Position numbers and translations under genes: made by a program
Notes under the pieces: model-generated
The model's database searches: none
What the model saw: only the letters and a program-made list of their open reading frames with translations
Told to the model about the DNA's origin: nothing
In this document: piece after piece, positions 52,289-63,451 of the stretch
Layout of the letters: every line of letters starts with the position of its first letter
How positions within the stretch are numbered: position 1 is the stretch's first letter
NCBI GenBank assembly: GCA_963810095.1
Contig: CAWEMM010000007.1
Coordinates: forward strand, 576,001-640,000
Length of the DNA: 64,000 nucleotides
From: an uncultured Chloroflexia bacterium
GTDB lineage: Bacteria; Chloroflexota; Anaerolineae; CG2-30-64-16
Direction: 5' to 3'

Positions 52289-53035
52289 ATGGCACCGCCT
52301 TGGATACGCAACGAGCTTTCTCCGATTCGAGACCAGGTGGACCGTATCTTCCGCGATCGCATCTTCAGCGGCGAGTACGAGCTGGGCGAGCGGCTGCCGC
52401 CCGAAGCCGTGCTGGCCAAAGAGCTGGGGGTGAGCCGCGCGACCATCCGCACCTCCCTGGGCAGGCTCGAAGCAGAAGGCGTCATTACCCGCCGTCACGG
52501 CGATGGGACGTACCTGAACAGCCATGCTGTGGAGGTCGACGCCCAGCCCACTCAGATCATGGCCTTCCGCACCATGATCGAGAAGAGCGGGCGCCGGGCC
52601 ACCGTTGCGCGCCTCACCATCCAGTCCCGCCTGCCAACCGGCGACGAGTGCGAGAAGCTCCAGACGCCGCCCGACGAGCGGGTGGTCGAGTTGATCTGCC
52701 TCTTTCTTGCCGACGACCAGCCCGCCATCTACTCGGTGAACCGGTATGCCGCGCGGGTCCTCCTCGCCGCAGACCTGGACCTGGACGTCCGCATCCCGAT
52801 GCACGACTTCATCCGGCACTACTCCGGTCACCAGGTCGCCTATTCCGTCTCCGACTTCTGCGCCGTCGTTCCCCCGCCCGAGGCCGTCCAGCACCTCAGG
52901 ATCGACGCTTCGCGTCCCCATCCTCATGTCGACGATCTTTTCTACGGGTTGAAGGACGTCCCGCTGGCGTTGGGCAACAACTACTTCCATCCGGAGCAGT
53001 ACAGCCTGCGACTGGCGCAGTCCTGGATGGGCTGA
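52289..53035 (+). CDS. GntR family regulator, HutC/UTRA type
   Basis: GERLPPEAVLAKELGVSRATIR..EGVITRRHGDGTY; UTRA-sized C-domain. Confidence 0.9.
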   Translation: MAPPWIRNELSPIRDQVDRIFRDRIFSGEYELGERLPPEAVLAKELGVSRATIRTSLGRLEAEGVITRRHGDGTYLNSHAVEVDAQPTQIMAFRTMIEKSGRRATVARLTIQSRLPTGDECEKLQTPPDERVVELICLFLADDQPAIYSVNRYAARVLLAADLDLDVRIPMHDFIRHYSGHQVAYSVSDFCAVVPPPEAVQHLRIDASRPHPHVDDLFYGLKDVPLALGNNYFHPEQYSLRLAQSWMG

Positions 53036-53184
53036 CAGGGGGCGAGAACCCGGGTCGTTCGCCTCCACTTGAACACGCGGCGCCCACGCTGGGGGAAGGA
53101 GGCACTCTGCCCACAAACCGGCTCCATTAAACGCATTTCTGACACCCTACACCGTAGATCCTACATCGTAGGAAGGAGAACGCT

Positions 53185-54368
53185 ATGAAATCCCGAATTG
53201 TCCCAGTTGTCGGAGTACTGCTCGCCGCGATCCTGTTGCTCTCTGCCTGCGCTCAGCCCCAACCCGCAGCTGCACCCCAGGTGATCAAGGAGACTGTCGT
53301 CGTCGAGAAGGCGGTCAAGGAGACGGTGGTCGTCGAGAAGCAGGTCGAGAAGGCGGTCAAGGAGACCGTCGTCGTCGAGAAGCCGGTCGAGAAAACGGTG
53401 GTCGTGACCGCGCAGGCCAGTCGACCTGAACGCAGCGCTCAAGGGCAAGAAGCTGGCCGGCATCTTCCCCGGCCCCATCAACGACTCCGGCTGGAACCTG
53501 CAGGCCTACCTGGCCGCCATGAACATGCGGGACAAGTATGGCATGGACGTCGCCTTCACCGATAACGTCGTCTTCCAGAACGCTGAGCAAGTGGCGCGCA
53601 CCTATGCGGAGGAAGGGTACGACATCATCTGGGGGCACAGCTTCGATTACGACGACCCGCTCCGGGCGGTCGCCAAAGACTATCCGAACGTCAAGTTCAT
53701 CATCGACAACGGCAGTCATGAAGGTCGATCCCAACGTCTACACGTACACCGACGAGACCGGCCCCGGTGGTTACTTCATCGGCCGCATGGCCTGCTTGAT
53801 GTCCAAGACCAAGAAGATCGCCTTCGTGGCAGCCGTTTCTTGGCCGCTCATGGACCACCATTACAAGATGATCGCCCAGGGCTGCAAGGACGGCGGCGGC
53901 GACCCGAAGAACGCGCTGTACAGCATCATCGGCAGTTGGGACGATCCAGCCAAGGCTAAGGAACTGGCAGTCGCCGCAATTCAGGGCGGCGCGGACGTTC
54001 TCATCTCGAGCGCGAACACGGGCGACGCAGCGGTCATCGAGGCCGTCCGTGATGCCTATAACGCGGGCAACAAGGACATGCGCTACCTCTCCTGGAGCGC
54101 CGACAAGCACGAGCTTGGCCCCGAGTTTATCAGCAGCGGCTACATCCAGGACACGCTGAAGGCGCTCGAGTGGATGGTCACGGCCGTGGTCAACCAGGAC
54201 AAGCCCGGTGGACACTACACGGCCGGCCTCCGCGAGGGCACAGCCTACTTCTCCCCCTTCTACGGCCTCGCGGCGCCCGAAGTCGAGAAGGATCACGTCG
54301 ACGCCGTGCGCAAGTTCAAGGAAGATCCAGCTTCTATGCCGCAGATCGAGGTACGCACGGACCTCTAG
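53185..54368 (+). CDS. BMP family nucleoside/purine-binding lipoprotein (frameshifts at ~53420 and ~53715)
   Basis: Lipobox LLSAC; PGPINDSGWN, GYDIIWGHSF, SKTKKIAFV, GSWDDPAKAKE, GADV across three ORFs. Confidence 0.85.
53281..53410 (+). repeat. Intragenic tandem repeat encoding VKETVVVEK units
   Basis: TCAAGGAGACNGTNGTCGTCGAGAAG three times plus partial units. Confidence 0.8.
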
Positions 54369-54374
54369 CCACCC

Positions 54375-54408
54375 AGCCGGCGCCGGCAGTGGTCCGCCGG
54401 CGCCGGCT
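54375..54408. other. Hairpin after the substrate-binding gene (possible mRNA-stabilising structure)
   Basis: AGCCGGCGCCGGC-8 nt-GCCGGCGCCGGCT. Confidence 0.45.
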
Positions 54409-54492
54409 CAGAACCCTGTGACGTTTCGCGAGGCCGGCCCTACGCCGGCCGGCCTCGACGTTGCACCTGCGGCCCTCGTCGGAGGCACTCGC

Positions 54493-56052
54493 ATGGCGGA
54501 GATTTTGCGGCTGGAAGGGATCACCAAGACCTTCCCGGGCGTGCTCGCAAACGATTGCATCGACCTGGAGATCGAGCGCGGGGAAGTCCATGCCCTGCTG
54601 GGCGAAAACGGCTCTGGCAAGACGACCCTGATGAACTGCGTCTACGGCGTCTACCGTCCCACCAGTGGCCGCATCTTCTGGCAAGGTCAGGAGGTCCGCA
54701 TCCGCCAGGCGCGCGACGCCATCGCGCTGGGTATCGGCATGGTGCACCAGCACTTCATGCTGATCCCTCCGCTGACGGTGGCCGAAAACGTCATTCTCGG
54801 CCTGCCACAGCCACGCGAGCCCTTCCTCGACTTCGCGCGGGGCCGAGCGGAAAGTGCGCGAGAGCAGCGAGAAGTTCCACCTGGACGTCGATCCTAAGGC
54901 GCCGGTTTGGGAGCTGCCCGTGGGCGCGCAGCAGCGGGTCGAGATCCTGAAGGCCCTCTACCGCAATGCCGAGCTGCTGATCCTGGACGAGCCGACGGCT
55001 GTGCTGACCCCCGACGAAGCCAACGAGCTCTTCCGAACCATCAAGGCGCTGAGCGAGCACGGCCTCTCAGTGATCCTGATCACCCACAAGCTCGAAGAGG
55101 TCACTTCGCGTTTGCGACCGGGTGACTGTGCTGCGCGACGGCCGCAAGATCCGCACCGTGCCCGTCGGCCAGACGAGCCGCGCCGAGCTGGCGCGCATGA
55201 TGGTGGGCCGCGAGGTGCTGTTGACCGTCGACAAGCCGCCGGCGGCCCCTGGCGACGTGATGCTTTCGGTGGAGAACCTCTCGGCCGTAGACAGCCGCGG
55301 GCTGGCGGCCTTGAAGAACGTCTCGCTCGACGTGCGCGAGCACGAGATCCTCGGGCATCGCAGGCGTCGACGGGAACGGTCAGACCGAGCTGGTCGACGT
55401 GCATCATGGGCATGCGGCGCGGCAACGTCCGGCCGGGTGTGCGTGGGCGGGCGAGGACATCACCCACTGCACGCCGCGCGCAGATTCTGCAGCGGAAGGT
55501 GGCTTGCGTTCCGCCCGACCGGCAGCACATGGGCCTGTTTCTCGATTTCACGGTCGCCGAAAACCTGATCAGCCGCTCGCTTTGGGAAGCGCTCTTCGCC
55601 CGCTGGGGCTTCCTGCGCGGCACGATCGATCGCCGGCGCCGCCGAACGGCTCATCGAGAACTACTCCATCCGCACGCCGAGCCGTGACTTGCAGGTCAAA
55701 CTGCTCTCGGGCGGCAACCAGCAGAAAGTCCTCCTGGCACGCGAGATGTTCAGCGAGCCGAAGCTGCTGATCGCCGCCCAGCCGACCCGCGGGCTGGACA
55801 TCGGCGCGATCGAGTACGTCCATCGCCGGATCATCGAGGCGCGCGCCCATGCGGCGGTCCTGCTGATCTCCACGGAGCTGTCCGAGGTGCTCAGCCTGTC
55901 GGACCGGATCGCCGTCATGTACGGTGGCGAGATCATGGGCATCGTGCCGGCCAAGGGCGCCGATGTCAGCCAAATCGGCGAAATGATGGCCGGCGTGCTC
56001 CGCTTGGCGACGCAGCCGGCCGGGCCGCGGCGGAGTGGGCAGGACGCGATGA
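54493..56052 (+). CDS. CUT2-type ABC ATPase with two nucleotide-binding domains (multiple frameshifts)
   Basis: GENGSGKTT, GMVHQHF, ILDEPT, ITHKL, LSGGNQQK, AQPTRGLDIGA; end inferred from the ATGA overlap at 56049-56052. Confidence 0.85.
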
Positions 56053-57311
56053 ACACGCAAGCACCAAATCCAGTCAGCCTGGACCCGCTTCCTCGAGCGA
56101 TCCTTCAACGTCCTGGTCCCGATCCTGGCGATCCTCGGCGCACTGCTGATCAGCGGGCTGCTCATTGCGGCCTACGGCGCCAGCGCGCTTGAGGCGTACA
56201 CCGCCCTTTTCAGCGGCGCGTTCGGCTCGCCCGCGGCGTGGGCAACTACACTGGCCCGCACGATCCCGCTGGTCTTCACGGGCCTGGCGGTCGCGTACGC
56301 CTATCGCGGCGGCTTCTTCAATATCGGCGCGGAAGGCCAGCTTTTTGCGGGGGGCTCGCTGGCGCTTGGGTCGCGCTGACGTTCGCCGATTGGCCCGGCT
56401 GGCTGCTGATCCCGGCCAGTCTACTGGGCTCGGCGGTGGCGGGCGCGCTGCTCGCCGCAATCCCCGGCATTCTCAAGGCGACCCGCAACACTAACGAAGT
56501 CCTCACTACGATGCTGCTGAACTACATTGTCATCCAGTTCTTCGAGCTGAGCCTCAGCACCGAGAAGATCACCGCCGGCGTCGCCCGCAAACTGGGGCCT
56601 GATCAACATCATTCGGTATCAAGGACCCGACCCAGGGGCTGCCCAAGTCGGCCAGCCATGCCACCGCGGCTACCCTGCCATCCGTGGCCGACGTGCTCGC
56701 CAGCGCCCCGCTGCGCAGTGCGTTCGCCGGCCAGGGGTGGTACGACAACCTGCTCGCCGTCCCCGCGTTCGGGCGCATCACCCTGGGCATCGTGCTGGCG
56801 CTGCTCGCCGCGTTCGCTGGTCTACGTGCTGCTCTTCCGGACGACGACCGGTTTCCGGGTGCGAGCGGTGGGCATCAACCCCGAGACGGCCCGGCGCACC
56901 GGCGTGAACGTGCGAGCGACGATCATCCAGACCGCCATGATCAGCGGGGCTTTGGCAGGGCTCGCGGGCGGCGTCGACATGCTCGGCTCGGCGCACCGGG
57001 TGATCTCCGGGTTCCTGTCGGGCGCCGGCTGGACGGGCATCCCCGTGGCCCTCATCGGCCAACTCCACCCCGGCGGCGTCCTGCTGTCGTCGCTATTCTT
57101 CGGCGCCCTGAAGGCCGGCGCGAACAAGATGCAGATCATCTCCCAGGTGCCGGCCGCGGTCGTCGGCATCATCCAGGCGCTGGCGATCCTGTTCGCCATC
57201 GCCGGCACCGTCGTCGACATTCCCTCGCGGATCAGAAAGGCCCGGGTGCTTGGCGAGTCTCAGGGTCACGCCGACCTATCGGACATGGCCCAGGAGGCGC
57301 CCCATGCTTGA
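56049..57311 (+). CDS. Nucleoside ABC permease subunit 1 (multiple frameshifts)
   Basis: FNIGAEGQ in an alternate frame, NEVLTTMLLNY, GALAGLAGG, GWTGIPVALIG, FFGALKAG. Confidence 0.82.
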
Positions 57312-58263
57312 GTCGATCCTCGGGATCCTGCTGTCTCCAGACTTTTACCAGGCCGCCGTGCGCCTGACTGCGCCGATCCTGCTGGCTGCGATGGGTGCGC
57401 TCCTTGCCGAGCGAGCCGGTATCGTCACATTCAGCATGGAGGGCATGTTGCTGATGGGGGCGGTCGGCGGCGTGATCGGCAGCGGGCTAACGCACAGCAC
57501 GTGGGGCGGCCTCCTGGGCGCCGTTATGGGCGGCGTGTTGATCGCCATGATCTATGCGTTCATGGCGGTTACGGTTGGCGCGAATCAGATCGTGACGTGT
57601 GTGGCGCTCAACCTGGGGGCGGTTGGGCTCGCCGACACGCTGTACGTGATGGCGTTCGGCGCCGGCCAAGGCGGGTTCGTGCGGGAGATCGTCCGCGTTC
57701 CGCGTCTTCCCGACTGGGAGATCCCCGTGCTCAGCAAAATCCCGGTTGTCGGGCCGATCTTCTTCGATCACATACCGCTCGTATACCTCGCATACATCAT
57801 GGTCCCGCTGGTCGGCTATGTGCTCTATCGCATGACCTGGGGCCTCAATGCCCGCTCGGTGGGGGAAGTTCCGCAGGCTGCGAACGCGGTGGGCATCAGC
57901 GTCCGCAAGGTGCGCTACCTGACGCTGCTCCTGGCCGGCATCGCCACCGGGCTCTCGGGCGCCTTCCTCTCCATCGGCCTGCTCAGTTCCTTCACCACCA
58001 ACATGACCGGGGGCAGGGGTTACATCGCGTACACGGCGATCGTCTTCGGGCGGTGGGAGCCGCTGGGAATCGCCCTCGGGGCTCTGCTCTTTGGTGCGAC
58101 CGACGCGTTCCAGATGCGCATGCAGGCCATCGGGGTCAATATCCCGTCGCAGATCATGGTGGCGCTGCCCTACATCGTCACCTTCATCGCCCTGGTCCTT
58201 TTCGTCCGCCGCGCTGCCCAGCCGGGCGCGTATGGCCGGCCCTGGTCGCGTGAGTCCAAATAG
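57304..58263 (+). CDS. Nucleoside ABC permease subunit 2
   Basis: ERAGIVTFSMEG, ANQIV, RSVGEVP, GRGYIA..FGRW, LPYIVT. Confidence 0.9.
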   Translation: MLESILGILLSPDFYQAAVRLTAPILLAAMGALLAERAGIVTFSMEGMLLMGAVGGVIGSGLTHSTWGGLLGAVMGGVLIAMIYAFMAVTVGANQIVTCVALNLGAVGLADTLYVMAFGAGQGGFVREIVRVPRLPDWEIPVLSKIPVVGPIFFDHIPLVYLAYIMVPLVGYVLYRMTWGLNARSVGEVPQAANAVGISVRKVRYLTLLLAGIATGLSGAFLSIGLLSSFTTNMTGGRGYIAYTAIVFGRWEPLGIALGALLFGATDAFQMRMQAIGVNIPSQIMVALPYIVTFIALVLFVRRAAQPGAYGRPWSRESK

Positions 58264-58291
58264 CACGCAAACACGCAAAAGGAGATGACCT

Positions 58292-59308
58292 GTGCCCAGA
58301 CACAAGATGCTCTTCCTCACGGAGCGCTCGCTGCGCCACCAGGAACTCGCTCTCAAGGCCGCGCCGCCAGAACTAGACGTCACGATGATCCGGGATGCCT
58401 CGCGCGAGCAGGTTCTCGAGCTCATCCCCCAGACTGAGTTCCTCGTCTCGGAGCGGAGCGGGATTATCGACGAAGAGCTCATCGCCGCGGGCCGCCGGCT
58501 GCGGCTGATTCAACGGCTCGGTTCGCTGACGTACGACATCGACCTCGATGCGGCCCGGGCAGCCGGTATTCCTGTTTGCTACTGGCCCATTCGCACGTGC
58601 GTCATGCTTGCCGAGCACATGCTCATGCAACTGCTCATGGTGGCGAAGCGGGCGCGCGAGGCGATGTGCGTCCTGGCGCAAGTCGATGCTTGGGGTCAGG
58701 AGCCGGGGAAAGTCGACGAGGATTACTTTGCCTATAACTGGACAGACCGGCAGGACGTTCGGGGTTTGTACCGGGCGACCGTGAGCATCCTGGGCTTTGG
58801 GGAAGTCGGCGCCGAGCTTGCCCGGCGGCTGCGCGGGTTCGAGTGCCGGGTGCTCTATCACAAGCGGCGCCGGCTTCCTGCGGCGACGGAGGCCGAGCTT
58901 GGCGTCGAATATGCCGAGCTCGGCCGTCTGCAGGCTGAGAGCGACTACCTCTGCTTGCTCATGCCCTACCATCCTGCCACCTGGGAAACCGTCGACGAGG
59001 GGTTCATTGCGGGGATGAAGCCCGGGGCAAGTGTGGTCACGTGCTCGGGCGGGCTCGACGAGGGCGCGGTGGCGCAAGCCGTGCGGAACGGCCGGCTTTA
59101 CGGGGCCGCAGCGGACACCTTTGCCTGGGAACCGATCCGGGCAGACAATCCGCTGCTCGCGCTGGCCGCCGATCCCGCCGCAAATGTGGTGTTGACTCCG
59201 CACATTGGCAGCGCCACGATTGCCGACTGGGATAACCATCGCGCGGAGGATTATGCGAACGCGCTGGCCGTGTTGGCCGGCCGTGCGCCGCGTTATCGAG
59301 TCGCCTGA
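58292..59308 (+). CDS. D-isomer-specific 2-hydroxyacid dehydrogenase family protein
   Basis: IDLDAARAAGIPV, LAEH, LGFGEVG, MKPGA, DTFAWEP, LTPHIGS. Confidence 0.85.
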   Translation: MPRHKMLFLTERSLRHQELALKAAPPELDVTMIRDASREQVLELIPQTEFLVSERSGIIDEELIAAGRRLRLIQRLGSLTYDIDLDAARAAGIPVCYWPIRTCVMLAEHMLMQLLMVAKRAREAMCVLAQVDAWGQEPGKVDEDYFAYNWTDRQDVRGLYRATVSILGFGEVGAELARRLRGFECRVLYHKRRRLPAATEAELGVEYAELGRLQAESDYLCLLMPYHPATWETVDEGFIAGMKPGASVVTCSGGLDEGAVAQAVRNGRLYGAAADTFAWEPIRADNPLLALAADPAANVVLTPHIGSATIADWDNHRAEDYANALAVLAGRAPRYRVA

Positions 59309-59382
59309 TGCACGAGAATGCGGTTGGCGTAGCACGGAACTGACCACAGTGGGCTGTCTTCGAGTGAGGAATTAAGCGTGGC

Positions 59383-59432
59383 ACGCTTGAGCCCTGGTTG
59401 CGTGACCCCGCAACCAGGGCTCAAGCGTTTTT
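59383..59432 (+). terminator. Intrinsic terminator between convergent genes
   Basis: 20-bp stem ACGCTTGAGCCCTGGTTGCG/CGCAACCAGGGCTCAAGCGT followed by a T run. Confidence 0.65.
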
Positions 59433-59462
59433 ACGGCTGCCGGCGGCTATCCCCAACCCGCC

Positions 59463-60942
59463 TTAGCCGATTTGCTCGATCTCGCCTGGCCGCCAGGTCT
59501 GGTCGAACCACGGCTCGAGAGGGCTGTAAAGCCGCAGGTAGGTCCACCAGCCCTTTCCCGGAATGGTCTGGATCCAGTTGCCTTCTTTGCCTACGGGCGG
59601 CTCCGGGCCGAAATACACATCCACCGATGTGTCTGGATTAACCAGGAGATCCTTCTTCTGACTGCTGACGCTCGGAAAACGCTGGTCGGTCTGGAGCAGC
59701 GCGCGCGTCTGGCTGTCGTACACGACCAGCGACCAGAAATTCTTCACCGGAACATTCGGCGGCAGTCGCAGCCGGTAGGTCTTACCACCATCGAGATAGT
59801 GGCCCGCGGCGTCGTGCTCCGTGAACGCGTACTGAGAGCCGGCGCCCACCATCTTTATCGAGATGGCCGGGCTGATGCCCCAGGCGAGGAAGAAGAAACG
59901 CGTGCGTGAGTCTAGGTCCAGCACCCCGCTCGGCATGAAGCTGCAATCGTTGCCTGTCCAACTCATCTTCCACTGGCTGTCGGGGTAGTACAGGACACCC
60001 GGGTCGCGCGGGCTGAAGGCGAGGGTGCGGCCCGTGGCGGCCCCGACGGCCGCGGCATCGGCGAGGATGCGCCGCATCCGCTCGTCCGGGGCGAACGGCT
60101 TGTCCTTGCGAATACCGATGGCGGCGAATACCCCGACGGTTTCCGCGTCGATCATATCGAGCGGCTCTTCTTGGACAACGGTTGCCACATGCTCAAAGAG
60201 CGAGACGTCGGTCGCGGGGACGGTGCTGAACGCGACGCCAGAGATATCCACGAACGTCATCGGGGGCGGGTCCGCCGCCCGATCGAGCGGATAGACCCGA
60301 TAGTGTTGCTTGGTGTTCTCGACCGCCGGTCGCGGGTCACCATCCGGGATAAAGCCACGAATGAAGAGCGCGCTTCCGTAGGTGCGGGAGGTCAGGACGA
60401 AGTAGCCGTCGGGCACGGGGCCCTGGTAGCCCGGGGGAAGGAGCAGGTACTTTCCGCCCGCGCCCCGGTCGAGGCCGACTGTGCCCAGGTCCGCGACGTA
60501 GCGACCCCAGAAGTCGTTGATCATACCGAGCACGCGCTGGCGGTATCTCGATGACCAGTGGGCCTTCTTTGGTGTCGAGCCAGGCGATCGTGTAGACCGT
60601 CTCCGTGTTCGCCGCCCCGAAGAGCAGAGAGCGCGAGTCTACCAGCGATTCGCTGATCACCGCCGTCTGGTTGTCGGGGCCAAAGCTCCGCAGGCCGGTG
60701 CGCGTCGCGTGGAATACGGCCAGCGGCATGGCGGTGAGAAAGGTCTGCACGGCGCGCTGAAAGTCGAGGTTGTCGTAGACTTTCTGCACGGTGGTCTCGT
60801 CGGGCAAGCCGTCGAAGAAGCGCAGCTTGCCGAGACGGGTCTCGACGGCGTCCGGCATGGCGACGCCGGGCGGGATGTCGGTCGTCATCTTGTAGTGGGT
60901 GGGAGCCGTGGCCACAGGTTCGCGTTCGATTGTGAGTTCCAT
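59463..60942 (-). CDS. DUF1254/DUF1214 domain protein (frameshift at ~60535)
   Basis: VETRLGKLRFFDGLP, ANTETVY, GPLVIEIPP, GGKYLLLPPGY, GSQY, FWSLVVYD, NWIQTIPG, LRLYSP; GGAGG RBS. Confidence 0.85.
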
Positions 60943-61120
60943 GGGATACCTCCTTTTTCCCTTGGAGAACTGGCGACGAACGGTTGGCCGCCCGTGCGTC
61001 GAGACGGCGTCAGGGAAGGTGACCGATGGCGCCGGAACGACGCAGGCGGCGAAATGGCGGGAAAACGGCGGGCGTGTAGCGGCAAGGTCTGGCAATAGCA
61101 CCGGCTCTTTGCCAGCAGGC

Positions 61121-61137
61121 TACTTTCCACGAAAGTA
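61121..61137. promoter_or_regulatory. AT-rich palindrome, candidate regulator site
   Basis: TACTTTC-CAC-GAAAGTA in the divergent intergenic region. Confidence 0.4.
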
Positions 61138-61395
61138 TACAACCTAACTTCGGTTCTCGCGCGCACGAGTTTTGTGGATTCTTTCACGCTTGCGCCGCAC
61201 GATCCCCGCAGTTGCGGCCGCGCCGCGGCGTTACGTCCGGTGCGGCGAGGATCACCCGGTTGACGGCGTCCGGTGCTTTCAAAGGCACAACGTGCCCAGC
61301 CCTCGGGACGCTTTGTCCGGTCAGACGACGTCAAGTGTAGCGGAAGTTATAGTGTCCATCGTACGTTTGAGCTACTTTGCCTGGGGAGCATGAGA

Positions 61396-62039
61396 ATGGC
61401 AAGGCTACGTTTCAGGATCTCGATGTCACTCGACGGCTATGTTGCCGGCCCTCACCAGAGCCTCGAGCATCCGCTCGGGATCGGCGGCGAGCGACTGCAT
61501 GAGTGGGTGGTTTCTCTCGCAGAATGGCGCGCGTCCACGGGCTGGAGGGCGGGGAAGTGAACGAAAGCTCGGCTGTCATACGGGAGGAGAACGCCAACAT
61601 CGGCGCCACGATTATGGGACGCAACATGTTCGGCGGGTATCCCGGCCCGTGGGACCTCAGCAACCCGTGGAACGGCTGGTGGGAAGACAATCCTCCGTTC
61701 CACCACCCGGTCTTCGTGCTCACGCACTATGCCCGCGCGCCCCTCGTGCTGGAGGGAGGGACGACCTTCACGTTTGTCACAGAAGGCATCGAGGCAGCAC
61801 TTGAGCAGGCACGCCGGGCCGCGGGCGAGATGGATGTGTCGCTCGCAGGCGGTGCGAATATTGCCCGGCAGTATTTCGCGGCGGGGCTCGTCGACGAGAT
61901 GGAGATCAACCTCGCGCCAACGCTTCTCGGCAGCGGCGAGAGGCTGTTTGAGGGCAGTGGGGATGACCTGCACGGCCTTGCACTCGTGCGGACGGTTGCG
62001 ACGCCGAGGGTGGTCCATCTCAAGTTTGCCAGGACCTGA
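61396..62039 (+). CDS. Dihydrofolate reductase-like (RibD C-terminal) protein (frameshift at ~61530)
   Basis: ISMSLDGYVAGP, IMGRNMF, PVFVLTH, AGGANIARQ, GLVDEM..LLGSGERLF. Confidence 0.88.
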
Positions 62040-62234
62040 CAGGCTGACCCAGATGCCCGAGATCTACCGGGGGCACCGGTTTTGACCTGGGGAGACCCGC
62101 AGAGCCGGCGCGCTGCGGGTCTCTTCGTGCTGTATGTAACCCAACCAGAACGCTTAACCGCCGGCATCCTCGTCCAGTTGTTCGCGCGGGCAGCTGAGCC
62201 GTTGCCCTTTCCCAGAAGCCAGGGCGCCCAACTC

Positions 62235-62909
62235 CTACGCTCGGAGCTGCTCGGCGAGAAACGCCAGCGTCCGCTCCCATGCCAACTGGGCCGCCTGCGG
62301 ATTGTACGCTTCCGGGCGGTCCGTCTCAAAGAACCAGTGGGTGGTGCCCTCGTAGATAAAGAAGCTTGCCGGCCGGCCCACTGCCTTCAACGCGGCCTGC
62401 AATTCCTCCATCCCCTCTCGCGGCTCGTAAGGGTCGTTCTCGGCGAAATGGCCGAGGAAGGCGGCCGTTGCCGGGGTGAGGTCGGGCGCGTATGCGCCGT
62501 AGAAGAGGACGACCGCGCCCACATTCGCCGGTCGCATCGCCGCCAGCACCGAGGCCCACGCGGCGCCGAACGAGAAGCCGATCACGCCGATGCGTTGGCT
62601 GCGTGACCGGCGCACCAGGAAGTCGACCGCCTCGCCGGCTGCCGCCTGGATATGCTCCGACCACTCGGCCTCGACGGTCTGGACCAGCTCCTGCGCCTCC
62701 TCGACGGTCTTTGCGATGCGGCCCTTGAAGAGATCGGGCGCAAACGCGGTATACCCGGCCTGCGCCAGCCGGTCGCACACCGCCTTGAACGTGTCGTTCA
62801 GCCCCCACCACGCGTGCAGCACCAGTACGCCCGGCCCGCCAGCGGCCGGCGCCGAAAGGTATCCTTCGTACGCCTGCTTTTCGCCATATCGCGTCATTTC
62901 ACCAGACAT
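62235..62909 (-). CDS. Dienelactone hydrolase family protein
   Basis: GVLVLHAWWGLN, APDLF, GFSFG, HFAEND, THWFFE, AWERTLAFL. Confidence 0.9.
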   Translation of the reverse strand: MSGEMTRYGEKQAYEGYLSAPAAGGPGVLVLHAWWGLNDTFKAVCDRLAQAGYTAFAPDLFKGRIAKTVEEAQELVQTVEAEWSEHIQAAAGEAVDFLVRRSRSQRIGVIGFSFGAAWASVLAAMRPANVGAVVLFYGAYAPDLTPATAAFLGHFAENDPYEPREGMEELQAALKAVGRPASFFIYEGTTHWFFETDRPEAYNPQAAQLAWERTLAFLAEQLRA

Positions 62910-62918
62910 GTTCGCCTC

Positions 62919-63451
62919 TCATTCGGATCGGAACTCGCGAAATTCGCCGGTTTCCTCCATGTACGCCCAGCCGTCCATGCCGGGTGGCCGGATGCCCAAC
63001 TGCGTGATGATCGCTGAGACTTGTTCCCGGTGCTCGGTCGCGTGGTTGATTGCCTGCATGAGCAGACTGCCGAGTGGATACTCGACGGAAAGCCCTTGCT
63101 CCGGGTCGGTTTCTCGCACAAGGCTATCGGCCCTCGCGCCCATGGCCAGCCGAGCCAGCTCATCGCCCGATTCGCGCGCGTCCGAGCGCAACACCTGGAA
63201 CCCGGGGAATGCGTCGCCCGACAGCCAAGCGGGCGGCATCTTTCTCGTGACCCGGCTGGCAGTAGTCCACCTGCGCCCCGACGAGATGCGCCAGGGTCGC
63301 GCGGATTGAGCCGTGCGCGCCCACAGCGGTTGCCCTCAACTGCTCGTCGGTCAAGTTCGCGGCAGAAATCAAGCAGCCTGAGGTTGGCCCACGTATTATG
63401 GCGGAACATGGTCGTCAAAACGCTCGAATCACCCTGTCCGTTTACCGACAT
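62919..63451 (-). CDS. DinB family protein (two frameshifts)
   Basis: FRHNTWAN, GSIRATLAHLV, QAINHATEHREQ..LGIRPPGMD over three ORFs. Confidence 0.82.

Noticed and set aside
53281-53410. Direct repeats as a possible CRISPR array
   Set aside because: In-frame coding repeats with no unique spacers and no cas genes
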